From Marsupella aquatica (Eukaryota; Plantae; Marchantiophyta), in NCBI GenBank assembly GCA_973895155.1, contig OZ316892.1, positions 28,482,307-28,546,306 on the forward strand: 64,000 bases of DNA. Reading direction: 5' to 3'. Under the pieces are notes generated by a model that was given only the letters and a program-made list of their open reading frames with translations, did no database searches and was not told the DNA's origin. Of this stretch, positions 24,001 to 34,819 are shown one piece after another. Each line of letters begins with the position of its first letter. Position 1 is the first letter of the stretch. A program made the position numbers and the translations under genes.

Positions 24001-26146
24001 TCGTAGGAGTATTAGTTTGGAGGTGTACAAGTATTTTAGAACGGAATTGGGTCGATTTTTTAGTTTTTCTTTGCTAAATTGTCTCCATTCTGGAATCTCA
24101 GTCAAATGAATTGTCCTGAACTTGTTGTTGTTGTTGATGCAAGGGTAGAACATACATTGCTTGCGGTTGGTGTGCTCAGGTAAAGAGAAAGGAATACACG
24201 TTCCAAGCTCCAATTTTCCGCAACTCAAGAATCTGCTATACTTGCAACTCGGCGTCCCTCTTGTCATTGATGCGAGTTTGAAAGATAAGTGGTTTCCAAG
24301 AAATCTTGTCCTACTTGACTGCAAAGGGCTCCAATTGTTGGACCCCGCCCGCCAAAGCCGTTTGGTCATTTTGGAACTCACAGACATTGATGCCGAGTAT
24401 CTGCCCAACTCTATTGGACAGTTATCAGGTCTTCGTCTCTTCGATCTTCGGAGAGCTCCAAAACTGCGTAGCTTACCAGATGCCGTTGGACAGTTGTCGC
24501 AATTGGAGCGTCTCACGTTGTCCGACTGTCGCCGCCTCGAGACCTTCCCTGAGACATTCGGCCAATTGTCGAACTTGAAGGAGCTGAGGCTCCGGGAGTG
24601 CTTCCTTCTACGTACGCTTCCCAAATCGTTTGGAAACCTGTCGGCATTATACAGTCTTGATTTATTTCGTTGCCGCGGATTGCAGACCCTGCCTGAATCC
24701 TTCGGGCAACTCTGTGCGTTGACTCACCTTCACATCATCGATTGCCCCGAATTTGACACCCTTCCCGAATCATTCGGGGCTCTGTCTGCGTTAGTGAAGT
24801 TGAGGTTCTCGTATTTTCCCAAGCTCGAATCAATACCCGATTCATTTGGAAATCTAGCAGTACTGAGCCGTCTTGAGTTCACGATGTGTGGCTTGCGAAG
24901 CCTGCCCGAGTCCTTTGGAAATCTCATCACACTAAGCCATCTAACCTTAGATAAATGTACAAGTCTGCACTCTTTCCCAGAATCGTTCGGCCAATTGGCG
25001 CAGCTCGAATATTTGAAGATCTCAATGGCTTACGAGCTGGAGACGCTACCCAATTCGTTGGCGGAATTGAATGCTCTTGGAAATCTAATTATTGACTCTA
25101 CATCGATCAAGAGCATTCCTGAGTATATCAGGACTCTACCGTCATTGCGAACTCTGGAGCTCTGTCAACTTCCCTACGTGAAGGAATGGCCTCCGTGGCT
25201 CGGGGAACCTGGTCTGAACTCTCTAGCATGCTCACAAAAGATATTCCAGGTTCGGGAGCAACATTTCTTTTTAAGTGGAGATATCAGGCGAAGTTACTCA
25301 GAAGTGACTCAGATGTGGCAACACACTTTGTATATGCGGAAGGTGAGCAAATCAGACTATGCAGGAGCCTTGGCAGCTTTGTCGGTAACGAATCTTGGAG
25401 AGCCGCTTCACCAGGCGTTGGTCCTGCAAGAGAAGGGCATCTTGAAACGTATGATGGGAGATCTTCCTGGAGCTTTGGAAGACCTTACAGCCGCTTTGGA
25501 AATTTTGTCCAAGGTGGACGATGGGGACTGCTACATATATGATTGCTGGAAGCACAGGGGTTATGTGAATTTCTTGCTGGGGAATCTAGACAGTGCAGAA
25601 AACGATGGTACAATGGCTCTGAAGTTTCAGCCTGAATACCGCAAGAAGGATAGCGAAGTGTATTTCAGTCCAAGTCTGGGCGAGGAACAAGTGACGTATA
25701 TGCATTTCAAATTGGAGGGATGGAAAGAAATGATCGAGCATAATTACGAATTTACGGTCTCACTGCATTCTCAAGTAGTGCAGAAGGTGATGGCGTCAGG
25801 TACTGCAGAAGTTGACTTCCAAACGGCCTTGGCAAGCTTTGACATAATCAATCTAAGAAGGTTACCCTACACGAGTCCGGCATTCTTCTTACAAGAAAGG
25901 GGCATTTTGAAACGAATGGCTGGAGATTTGGGAGGTGCTCTCGAAGATCTGACAGCAGCCTTGAAAACGTTGGGAGATGATTATGAGTGCTTGAAACACC
26001 GCGGTTTTGTCAAATACTTACTCGACGATATAGAGGGAGCGCGAATAGACGCCGAAAGAGCTTTGACCGTGAGTCCTGAAATAATCGACAGAGATCAAAA
26101 ATGTCTTGGAGAAACTCCCGTGACGTATTTGGAGTTCAAACTTTAA
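21057..26146 (+). CDS. NLR2: TM anchor - alpha/beta-hydrolase - NB-ARC - LRR - 2x TPR module, ~1345 aa
   Basis: Exons 21057-21245, 21456-22103, 22367-22531, 22696-23733, 24149-26146, all phase 0. Motifs GHSVGG, ADHFSISKP, GMGGLGKST, LLVLDD, CDGLPLTL, VHEQL, LRRs and TPR modules. The intron-1 acceptor is the weaker AAG. Confidence 0.88.
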
Positions 26147-26525
26147 AATAGTGGCCGTCGACATCATGTTTCTCCTGCAATTTTTCAACGAAAATCCTTC
26201 ACTCTCCACTCATCGTGGATGAGACTAGAGGTTTAATTACAACCTGATATTCTGAACCTCTAAATAAATGTTTTTCAATGTTTTCAGTTGAGATAGTCTA
26301 GACACAATTGTTCATCAGTGTGAATTTGAGAAACTGAACATGAGACGAGGTACTCGACGTAGTTGGGTTTTCCTGCCATCGTTGCTTTTCTTTCGAAACG
26401 TTCTTGTTAGGTGCGGGGACGAGAGACGGAACTATTATGAGCTGATGCAGCCTATCAAATCTCCTTCAGTGGAAATTACGAGTGTTTTGTGTATGAATTT
26501 TGCTAACAGAACAGTTTGATCAAGC

Positions 26526-26990
26526 TACACTGTACACCGCAATTTAGTGTTAATCACACTAATTCGTAGCCCTTCGAATTTTACACCTCACATATAATAG
26601 TGTGACTCACATTATTTAGGTGTCACTCTAATTTCAGTTCACATGAAATCACTCTTTTGATCTCACTAATTGAGGTGGTACCTTGAATAGTGCACACTGA
26701 GAGTCAAGGCATCAAAGTGAGACTAGACTCTCAATACGAAACAAAGTGTGTGACTTAACATACTTAATTAGTGTGATTCGAGCTACAAAAAAATGTTCAC
26801 ACAATTTATAATTATATAAATTATATATTCATACTATTTACAGTATACTTACTTGTGATTCCGGTTAGAAAAAATTGTTCACACATTATAATTATATAAA
26901 TTATTTACTCATACTATTTACAGTGTACTTAGTTATGATTCGGGTTAGAAAAAAATGTTCACACAAATTATAATTATATGAATTATGTGC
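26526..26990. repeat. AT-rich insertion with ~81-bp tandem repeats (about 3 copies), possible non-autonomous DNA transposon
   Basis: Absent from the homologous flank of NLR1. TACACTGTA at 26526 and TACAGTGTA at ~26919. Unit tgattc..g.ta.aaaaaa.tgttcacaca.ttataattatat repeats at ~26773, ~26855 and ~26935. Confidence 0.55.
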
Positions 26991-28825
26991 TCGTGTATTA
27001 GTTACTGTTCTGCTACTCTTCCTGTTAAGAAATGTTCATACCTGGCCCTGATCTAGTGGGGACTTTGTGATAATTCCAGTTGAATATCATTCTCTCGCTT
27101 TTGCAAGAATGAATAGCAAATGCAAAGGAAACCAATCTCAGATTTGGAAGGGCCCCTCATTCTCATAGGGAACTTGATGAGTACATGATCACTTCACACA
27201 CTAGTCTTGCTCATCAAGCAGATACTTCCACTACGCCATGCCATTGTCCTCGAGGGTATGAGAAGGACTGTAAGGTTTTGTTTGATATGGACACATGGGC
27301 AGACCATTGGGGAGTAGCGATCATAGCCCTATTCCACATAGTTATGAACCCTTACCCCCACCCCACAGAAAGTTTCCCAGATTGTGGGAACCAATCCAGA
27401 TTGTTCAAATGATCAAGGGCACCCCTTGGTGACTAAGTAGTCTTGGGACAAGTCATCCACATATTTTCCATACTGGGGGGTCAAGCTGCAGGCCAGGGAG
27501 GGAGTAAAGTGCCATGCTCATTTCTACTCAAAAGCTTGAATGTGGAGTTGACGGTTTACACGGTTCAGGGCAGATAGCTGGTGAAATTCACGTACAGCTC
27601 GTGCAAAAGCAGGATATGCCCCTTGGTTGCCCTTTGCAATGCGTACCCCCTTGAATTGTTGATACCCCCTCGGCAATAATATCATTTGTGCTTACTAGCG
27701 AGTATGGAGTGACTTAGCTACAAGCCTTAATGCAATCCAGAGCATTGAGTCCTCCTAGGGAAATTGGAAGGGTTAACTCAACTTATTGTTGTGAACCCGG
27801 CTGTGAATTGGGGAGAGGAATCAAGAGGATTGCGCTCTCCTACGGAAACTGGGACAGTTTGTCCCTTGGGCAGGGGGGGAAATGGTTAATAGAGGTCGCT
27901 AGTTGAAAGGTTTATTTTTCTGGATAAAGTCCAGCTCAAACACATTGAGGGTCTTACTTAGTGGGGAGTGCGGGTGGTGTGGTTGAGTTCCGTAAATCTC
28001 CCATAGGGGCGTGCCACTGTCTCGCACTTTGCGCCTTTTTGGCTGTTGTTCCCGGGTGTTTGCCCCGATGGGACACTCCCTTATTTCAATGGCATCTCTG
28101 GGTCCCCCCTTCCGTGGGGTTCACATAAGGAAAAAAGAAAAAGAAAAGAGGCAGTAGTTCCAATTAAGACAACAAGGGGGAAACCCTTACCTTTGTACAG
28201 TACTGCCCTTCGCCATAGACTTCGCTTGCCCAAGGTCCAGTTTACAAATCCAACCCTCATGGCACAATTTTACTGTGGTTAAACGATTCAGAGACCTCAA
28301 AGTGCAGTAAGGGCAAATGCACTTCCATGGGACCTACTTTCTCCCCTATCTAGCTTCCCACCCCTTACTGCACCGTGCTGAACATCTGACACAGTCAAAG
28401 AGGGCAAAACCTTAGAGCATCTTGTGGCCATATCTCTCTTTTTCTGTCAACATTTTCGCTCCTCCCAGGCCTGGATCCTCCGTGTCTTCTTTTCCGCTGC
28501 CTCAATAGAATACTGGGGAATTGAAAGTGGTTCTTCAAAGATCATGATTTCCCAAAACCAATCGTCCTCATCCCAGTCAGCTTCGTCCTTGTCAGTCTGC
28601 CTCTGCACATTTCTTCTCCAATGTTCTGTCAAGTCCATTGACAATGAGCAGAAGTGGGCACATGGCAGAATGCTCAAGTTGATTTTTGTCTGTGCACAAG
28701 TGACTGAAGTGTGTGATGGTGGCAGCGGTGGGGTTAAGGACTTCGGCCGCTACAGGGCTCCTTAAAAAAATTATCGGTCAATCCACAACTGCCGCTACAG
28801 GGCTCCTTAAAAAAATGATCAGTCA

Positions 28826-29072
28826 ATCCACAACTGCCCCTATATATGGCTACGGGTTACCAGTAGCTCTCATTGCACAGGAACTCTCATTGCACAGGTT
28901 TTTGAGCTCCACAAAAAGTGGTGAGTATAAATATTTTATTTGGCAAGTGCTCCACAAAAGGTGGTGAGTATAAATATTTTATTTGGCAAGTGCTCCACAA
29001 AAGGTGCTGTGTGTTCCACCTTTTATGGTGAGTAGAAACATGGAATGCTGCTTTTATAGTGGCAGGTGTGGT
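28826..29072. mobile_element. Second copy of the 18274-18527 MITE family, upstream of NLR3
   Basis: Shares ggctacggg..tagctctcattg, tggcaagt..ccacaaaaggt, ttccaccttttat..tgagtag..acatggaatg and ttatagtggcaggtgtggt with the first copy. Internal ~45-bp duplication; adjacent ~44-bp duplication at 28747-28836. Confidence 0.7.
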
Positions 29073-29471
29073 GAGTGACCTCTAAACCGTTCGAGATGCT
29101 CGTACTAACCATACTCTCCAGGCGCTCATCGTGCAAGTCCTCGTAGGGTAGTGGTGCCTGGTGACCTATTCTGGTGCGAATCCTACAAGGACCTTTGTTT
29201 GCTGCACCGCTGAGCTACGACTGATGGAGTACATTTTGTGAAAGCAGTAGATGATTTCCGAACGAAAGAATAGAGAACGGTGCATGATCTCAATTTCATG
29301 CGTTTACCATACAATTTGAAGGCATTTGGTTCCTCTGAACAGCAGCCATGCGGAGGATAAATCTTAAAGTTGAGACTTAATTCCAGGGCCATTGGCAGGG
29401 TTTAGATTCGAAGCACCAGATTGTGAAAGCAAGCACCTTACGAGGGCTTCCACTTCCCCCTCGAGCTAGCG

Positions 29472-32400
29472 ATGGATCTACTCCATCGGATTGTTCTCCC
29501 TGTTGCCATAGCTTGGACCCAGGTGGCCAGAGAGAATACAGTCCATGTCCCACTTGTTGTCTCCTGTGTTCTGGTCAGCAGTGCTTTGCTTGGGTTCCTA
29601 GTACGAGGTCGTCGGAACAATTCTGGGCCGTCAGGAGTCAAAGAAGATATTGTTGAGGTAGTTTCTCTCCTCTCACTGCACACTCTCCAATGTATAGTGG
29701 CCTTCGTCAAACTTCGCCCGGTTGGGTATGTCTATTTGTATAGCTTCTGGAGAGTAAACTTTGCGATGCCATAACATTTGCTCTTCCGGAATGATGAATG
29801 GCTCGAATTTCCTGGCACCTGTCCCGCCTAGAATGACTTAGGTGTAACAGAGTTAAATACAATCCGTCGCCTTACTGTCTTTGTGATTGGTTGTCTTCAG
29901 GTGATAAATGACTCCATAATCGAGTTGCACAAGCCATCGGGGATTCCTAGCGTGCAAGTCTTATTCTTCCATGGGCTCCCATTTGAGAAGTCCTCGAGGG
30001 TGCACTTAACGACATGGGAGTGCGGGGATGGATCCTACAATCTTTGGCCCCAAACCTGGTTGGTGGAAGAGGTTCCGGGCGCTCATGTGTTCGTTGTTCG
30101 GTACAGCCAGGGCCTGAGCAAAGATTCTCGGAAGACGGTTGACATGAAAATTATTGGGGAAAACCTGCTCTCAGATCTGATGCAAGGAAACATTGGGCAG
30201 GTGCAAGGTTGCCCAGTTGTGTTGGTAGGCCACTCTGTGGGCGGGCTGGTAATCAAGCAATTATGCTCCGAAGCACATGAGACACTCAGTCTGACTCGGG
30301 ACTCCAGCAATGGCAGGGCTAGGGTTCAACTTGAGAACTTTCTAAATAGAATTAGAGGGATTTTTTACTACGCCACACCTCACCATGGTATTCCTCACAT
30401 TGTTAAAGCAACCGACCTCCTGGATAGCCCCTTGTTCAAGTACTTTCACACCCTAAGTACTCAGGCGGAGCGGCTAAACTTCAATTTCAGTCGTTTGCGT
30501 ATCCAAAATTCGAAATGGCAAATTAAAGGACTCGCAGAAAATCTTCCAGTAAACTCGGTACAACTGCAATTACCTCCTTATCTGTTTGTTGCCATGCTAT
30601 CTTTCCTTGTGTTGAGTAAAATAGAATGAGTCTTTCGCATGAAGTCTGACAAGTATTTGATCCATGAAACGATGATCCTGCTACTAGTTCATACACTCAA
30701 ACCTGCGATGCTTAGCGTATTTCGGAAGGGAGTTATCTGATTATTTTGTGCGATTAACCTTGTTTACACTTTAAAAATTTATATCGGTATGCAAAGAGCC
30801 TGTCAAATTTGCCGATAGATTTTTATTGCGTTGGCTTGCTCAAACATCAAGATCAGTCTGATAAAGTATGAGATTGAGATTTTGTTGCCGGTGAGGAATC
30901 GTCTCAACGGTTCACAAAAGACTAAGTGGATTGTGTTGTTTTTGTTTCTTGGCAGGGTGTGTTTCGAGATATTGTTGTCGTCCCAGAAGCAGCTGCCAGG
31001 GAAGGAGAGTTGAATGTGGAGATAGCAGACCACTTCTCCATATCGAAACCGCCATCTAAAACCTCAAGAAGGTTCAATGCCGTGACAGGACTTATTCACA
31101 ACGTATTGGCCAACACAAAGGTACAAGAGGCTGAACGAGTTTTGTTTGTTCAGATCATTAACTGAACTACCACTTCAAGTGCGACATTTCCATCTATTGC
31201 AGAGACTGTTAGCTTCTATCCAAACTTCCATGGACATGCTTAGGTCTAAGAGTTGCTCATGACATTGTTGTTGAAATTTCAGGAAGATGCTTGCCCCAGA
31301 AATTTGCAGTTTGTCCCCGAGATAATTCAGGGAATTAATTCTCCATTACAAGACGTCAAAGAGAGGCTGAAGACTGTGACAAGTTTGTGCCTGACTGGGA
31401 TGGGAGGATTAGGAAAGAGTACACTTGCCAAGATAGTCTTCAACAAGCTGGCCGCAAAATTTGAGTACACTTGTTTTGTATCTGATGTCAAGCTCATCAA
31501 AGGAAATGAGGAAGCTTTGAAGGAAGAAGTTTGGAAACGTATGTACCACAATGGTAAGAAAGTTGAAAGAGAAAGCGATTGGTCTAACTTACGGGGGACA
31601 GAATTACTTCTCGTGTTAGATGACATATCAACCGAGCGAGATACAAATGTTTTGTCCGAGATAGCTAATGGTTCCTCTTTGGTATCCCGGTTCTTGGCAA
31701 CTTCTCGTGACCATCGTCTTCTTGACAACACATATGAAGTGCCTCTCCTCAATGCAGATTATGCTCAACAGCTGTTTGTGAGCCGTGCATTTCCAAACCA
31801 AGTTACGCCTCCTGGTACGTTGGCAAGTCTTGTGGAACAAGTTGTGAAAAAATGTGAAGGGTTGCCTTTAACATTAGAAGTTGTTGGACAATATTTGAGA
31901 GGGAGACATCAGGAAGAGGATTGGAAGCAAGCTCTACATGCGCTTGGCAAAGCAGAGGCTGTGACTGGTCTGAACGAGAGTTTGTGGGAAAAGTTGAGGC
32001 TTAGCTACAATGGTCTTGAAAAGGATGAGAAGCAAATATTTTTAGATGCAACGACATTCTTTGGTATTGACAACCGATTATCCCGTCAGTGGACTCTGCG
32101 TGAAGCCAAAATAGCATGGAGGGAAGCTTATCATGTGAGTGAGAATCTTCTTTGGCGAACCTTGGTGGAGAGGTCCCTTGTCTACGATGTGAAAGAAGAT
32201 CGGTTCATTGAGGTGCATGAACAGCTCCGAAGTTTGGGACAAAAGATAGCATTAGAGTCCAATGACAAGCGCAGGGTGTGGGAGACGCCCAAAGGTTTCG
32301 ACTTGCTACAAAGCCCCAATGAATCAGAAAAACAGGTAAAGTCTCTGTCGGTGACATCAAGATTCCTTTCTCATGCACTAATACTTGCGCTTGTTCTATG

Positions 32401-34757
32401 AATACTCTAGCTTTCAAAATTTGTAAGAGTCATAGTTTACAGCTTCAGAAGTACTTAAGAAAGAAAGTAGGTGGATTTGTTATTTTTATTTTTCTGAAGC
32501 GTCTCCATTTGGAACCTGAAAGAAATGATTTGGTTAGAACTTTGATGCTGTTGATGCAAAAGGGTAGAACTTATATTCCTTGTGGTTGGGGCAGCAGTGG
32601 TTTGTAGGAGTGTTAGTTTAGAGGTGTACAAGTATTTTAGAACGAAATTGGGTCGATTTGTTCATTTTTCTCTTTGCTTCATTGTCCCAATTCTGGAATC
32701 TCAATCAAATGATTGGCTTGAACTGATTGTTGTTGTTGATGCAAGGGTAGAACATACATTCCTTGCGGGTGTGGCCCCTCGGGTCGGATAATGTGGATGA
32801 AATACACGTTGCAAGCCCCAATCTTCCGCAACTCAAGAATATGCTGTACTTGCAAGCCCGCGTACCTTTTGTTATTGAATCGAATCTGGAACATAAGTGG
32901 TTTCCAAGAAATCTTGTCCTACTCGACTGCAGAGGGCTCCAATTGTTTGACCCCGCTCGCCAAAGCCGTTTGGTCATTCTGGCACTGAAAGACATCTATG
33001 CCGAGCATCTGCCCAAGTGTATTCGACGGTTATCAGGTCTTCGAGACTTCCGCCTTTCGAATGCTCCAAACCTGCTCAGCTTACCGGGTGACATTGGCCA
33101 GTTGTCCCAATTGGAGAGTCTCACGTTGCACAACTGTACCAGTCTCGAGACCTTGCCTGACACATTCGTCCAATTGTCAAACTTGAAGGACCTGACGCTC
33201 TCTGGCTGTACCTTTTTACGTACGCTTCCCAAATCCTTTGGAAACCTTTTCGCACTACGCCGTGTTAATATAATATCTTGCAGTGAATTGCAGACCTTGC
33301 CTGAATCCTTCGGGCAACTCTGTGTGTTGACTCACCTTGAAATCCGAGATTGCGACGAATTTCACTCCCTTCCTGAATCTTTCGGGGCTCTTTCTGCGTT
33401 AGTCGAGCTGAGGTTCGCTTATTGTCACAAGCTCGAATCACTACCTGATTCATTTGGAAATCTAGCAGCACTTAGCCATCTTGAGTTCTGGGCGTGTGCT
33501 TTTCAAAGCCTGCCTGAGTCCTTTGGAAATCTCATCACACTAAGCCATGTAACCTTCGATGAATGTATAAGTCTTCAGTGTCTCCCCGAGACCTTGGGCC
33601 AATTGGCGAAGCTCGAGTATTTGAAGATCTCAAAGGCTTCCGAGGTGGAGAGGCTACCCAATTCCTTGGCAGAACTGAATGGTCTTCGTCATTTGATTAT
33701 TGATTCTACATCTATCAAGAGCATTCCTGACTATATGAGGACTCTACCGTCGTTGCAAACTCTGGAGCTCCGGCAACTTCCCTACGTGAAGGAATTGCCT
33801 CCTTGGCTAGGAGAAACTGGTCAGAACTCTCTAGCATGCTCAGAAAAGATATTCCAGGTTCGGGAGCAACAAGTCTCTTTAATTGGAGATAAATGGTTGC
33901 AAAGAGAATCAGAAGTTGTAATTGTTGTCCACGCGAGATTTATGAAGAAGGTGATGCAATCTGACTATTCAGGAGCCTTGGCTGCTTTTTCGATAAGCAA
34001 TCTTCGAGTGTCCCTTCACCAGGGGTTCGTCCTGCAAGAGAAGGGCATCGCGAAACGTATGATGGGTAATCTGCCTGGAGCAGTAGAAGACCTTACCGCC
34101 GCTTTGGAAATTTTTTCCAAGATAGAGGATGGGGCCTGCCAGATGTATGATTGCTTTAAGCACAGGGGTTACGTGAATTTCTTAATGGGAACTCTAGAGA
34201 GTGCAGAAAACGACGGTACGATGGCTCTGAAGTCGCAGCTTGAATGCCGCGAAAATCAGTTTCTAGATTTGAGTCCAACTCTGGGCGAGGAACAAGTGAC
34301 GTATATGCATTTCAAACTGGAGGGACGGAAAGAAATGTACAAGCAATCTATAACCTCATTGCATGATCAAGTAGTGCAGAAGGTGACGGCGTCAGGTGCT
34401 GGAGAAGATGACTTCCGAAGTGCCTTGGCAAGCTTCGACATCATAAATTTAACAATGTTAACCTATCGTGAACGGTCATTCTTTTTAAAAGAGCGGGGCA
34501 TTCTGAAACGATTGGCGGGCGATTTGGGAGGAGCTCTCGAAGACCTGACAGCAGCCTTGGAAATGGGGACAGGACAACATACATATGAGTGCGTGAAGCA
34601 CCGCGGTTTTGTCAAATACTTACTTGACGATATAGAGGGAGCGCGAGAGGACGCCGAGAGAGCTTGGAGAATGAGTCATCAAGACGTTGACAGAGATCGG
34701 AAATGGCTTGGACGAACTGCCGTGAGCTATTTGGGATTCAACTTTCCATGGTTGTGA
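29472..34757 (+). CDS. NLR3: TM anchor - alpha/beta-hydrolase - NB-ARC - LRR - 2x TPR module, ~1355 aa
   Basis: Exons 29472-29657, 29901-30557, 30956-31120, 31283-32335, 32751-34757, all phase 0. Same motif set as NLR1 and NLR2. C-terminus altered to SYLGFNFPWL*. Confidence 0.88.
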
Positions 34758-34793
34758 ATGGAATAATCCACTTTGAGCTATTTGGGATTCAAG

Positions 34794-34819
34794 TTTAGGG
34801 TTTAGGGTTTAGGGTTTAG
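34794..34819 (+). repeat. Interstitial telomeric repeat (TTTAGGG)3 TTTAG
   Basis: Read directly, 36 bp after the NLR3 stop codon. Confidence 0.9.

Noticed and set aside
28447-28710. Minus-strand RING-like fragment (VTCAQTKINLSILPCAHFCS)
   Set aside because: Most zinc ligands are missing and there is no gene structure; too weak to call.
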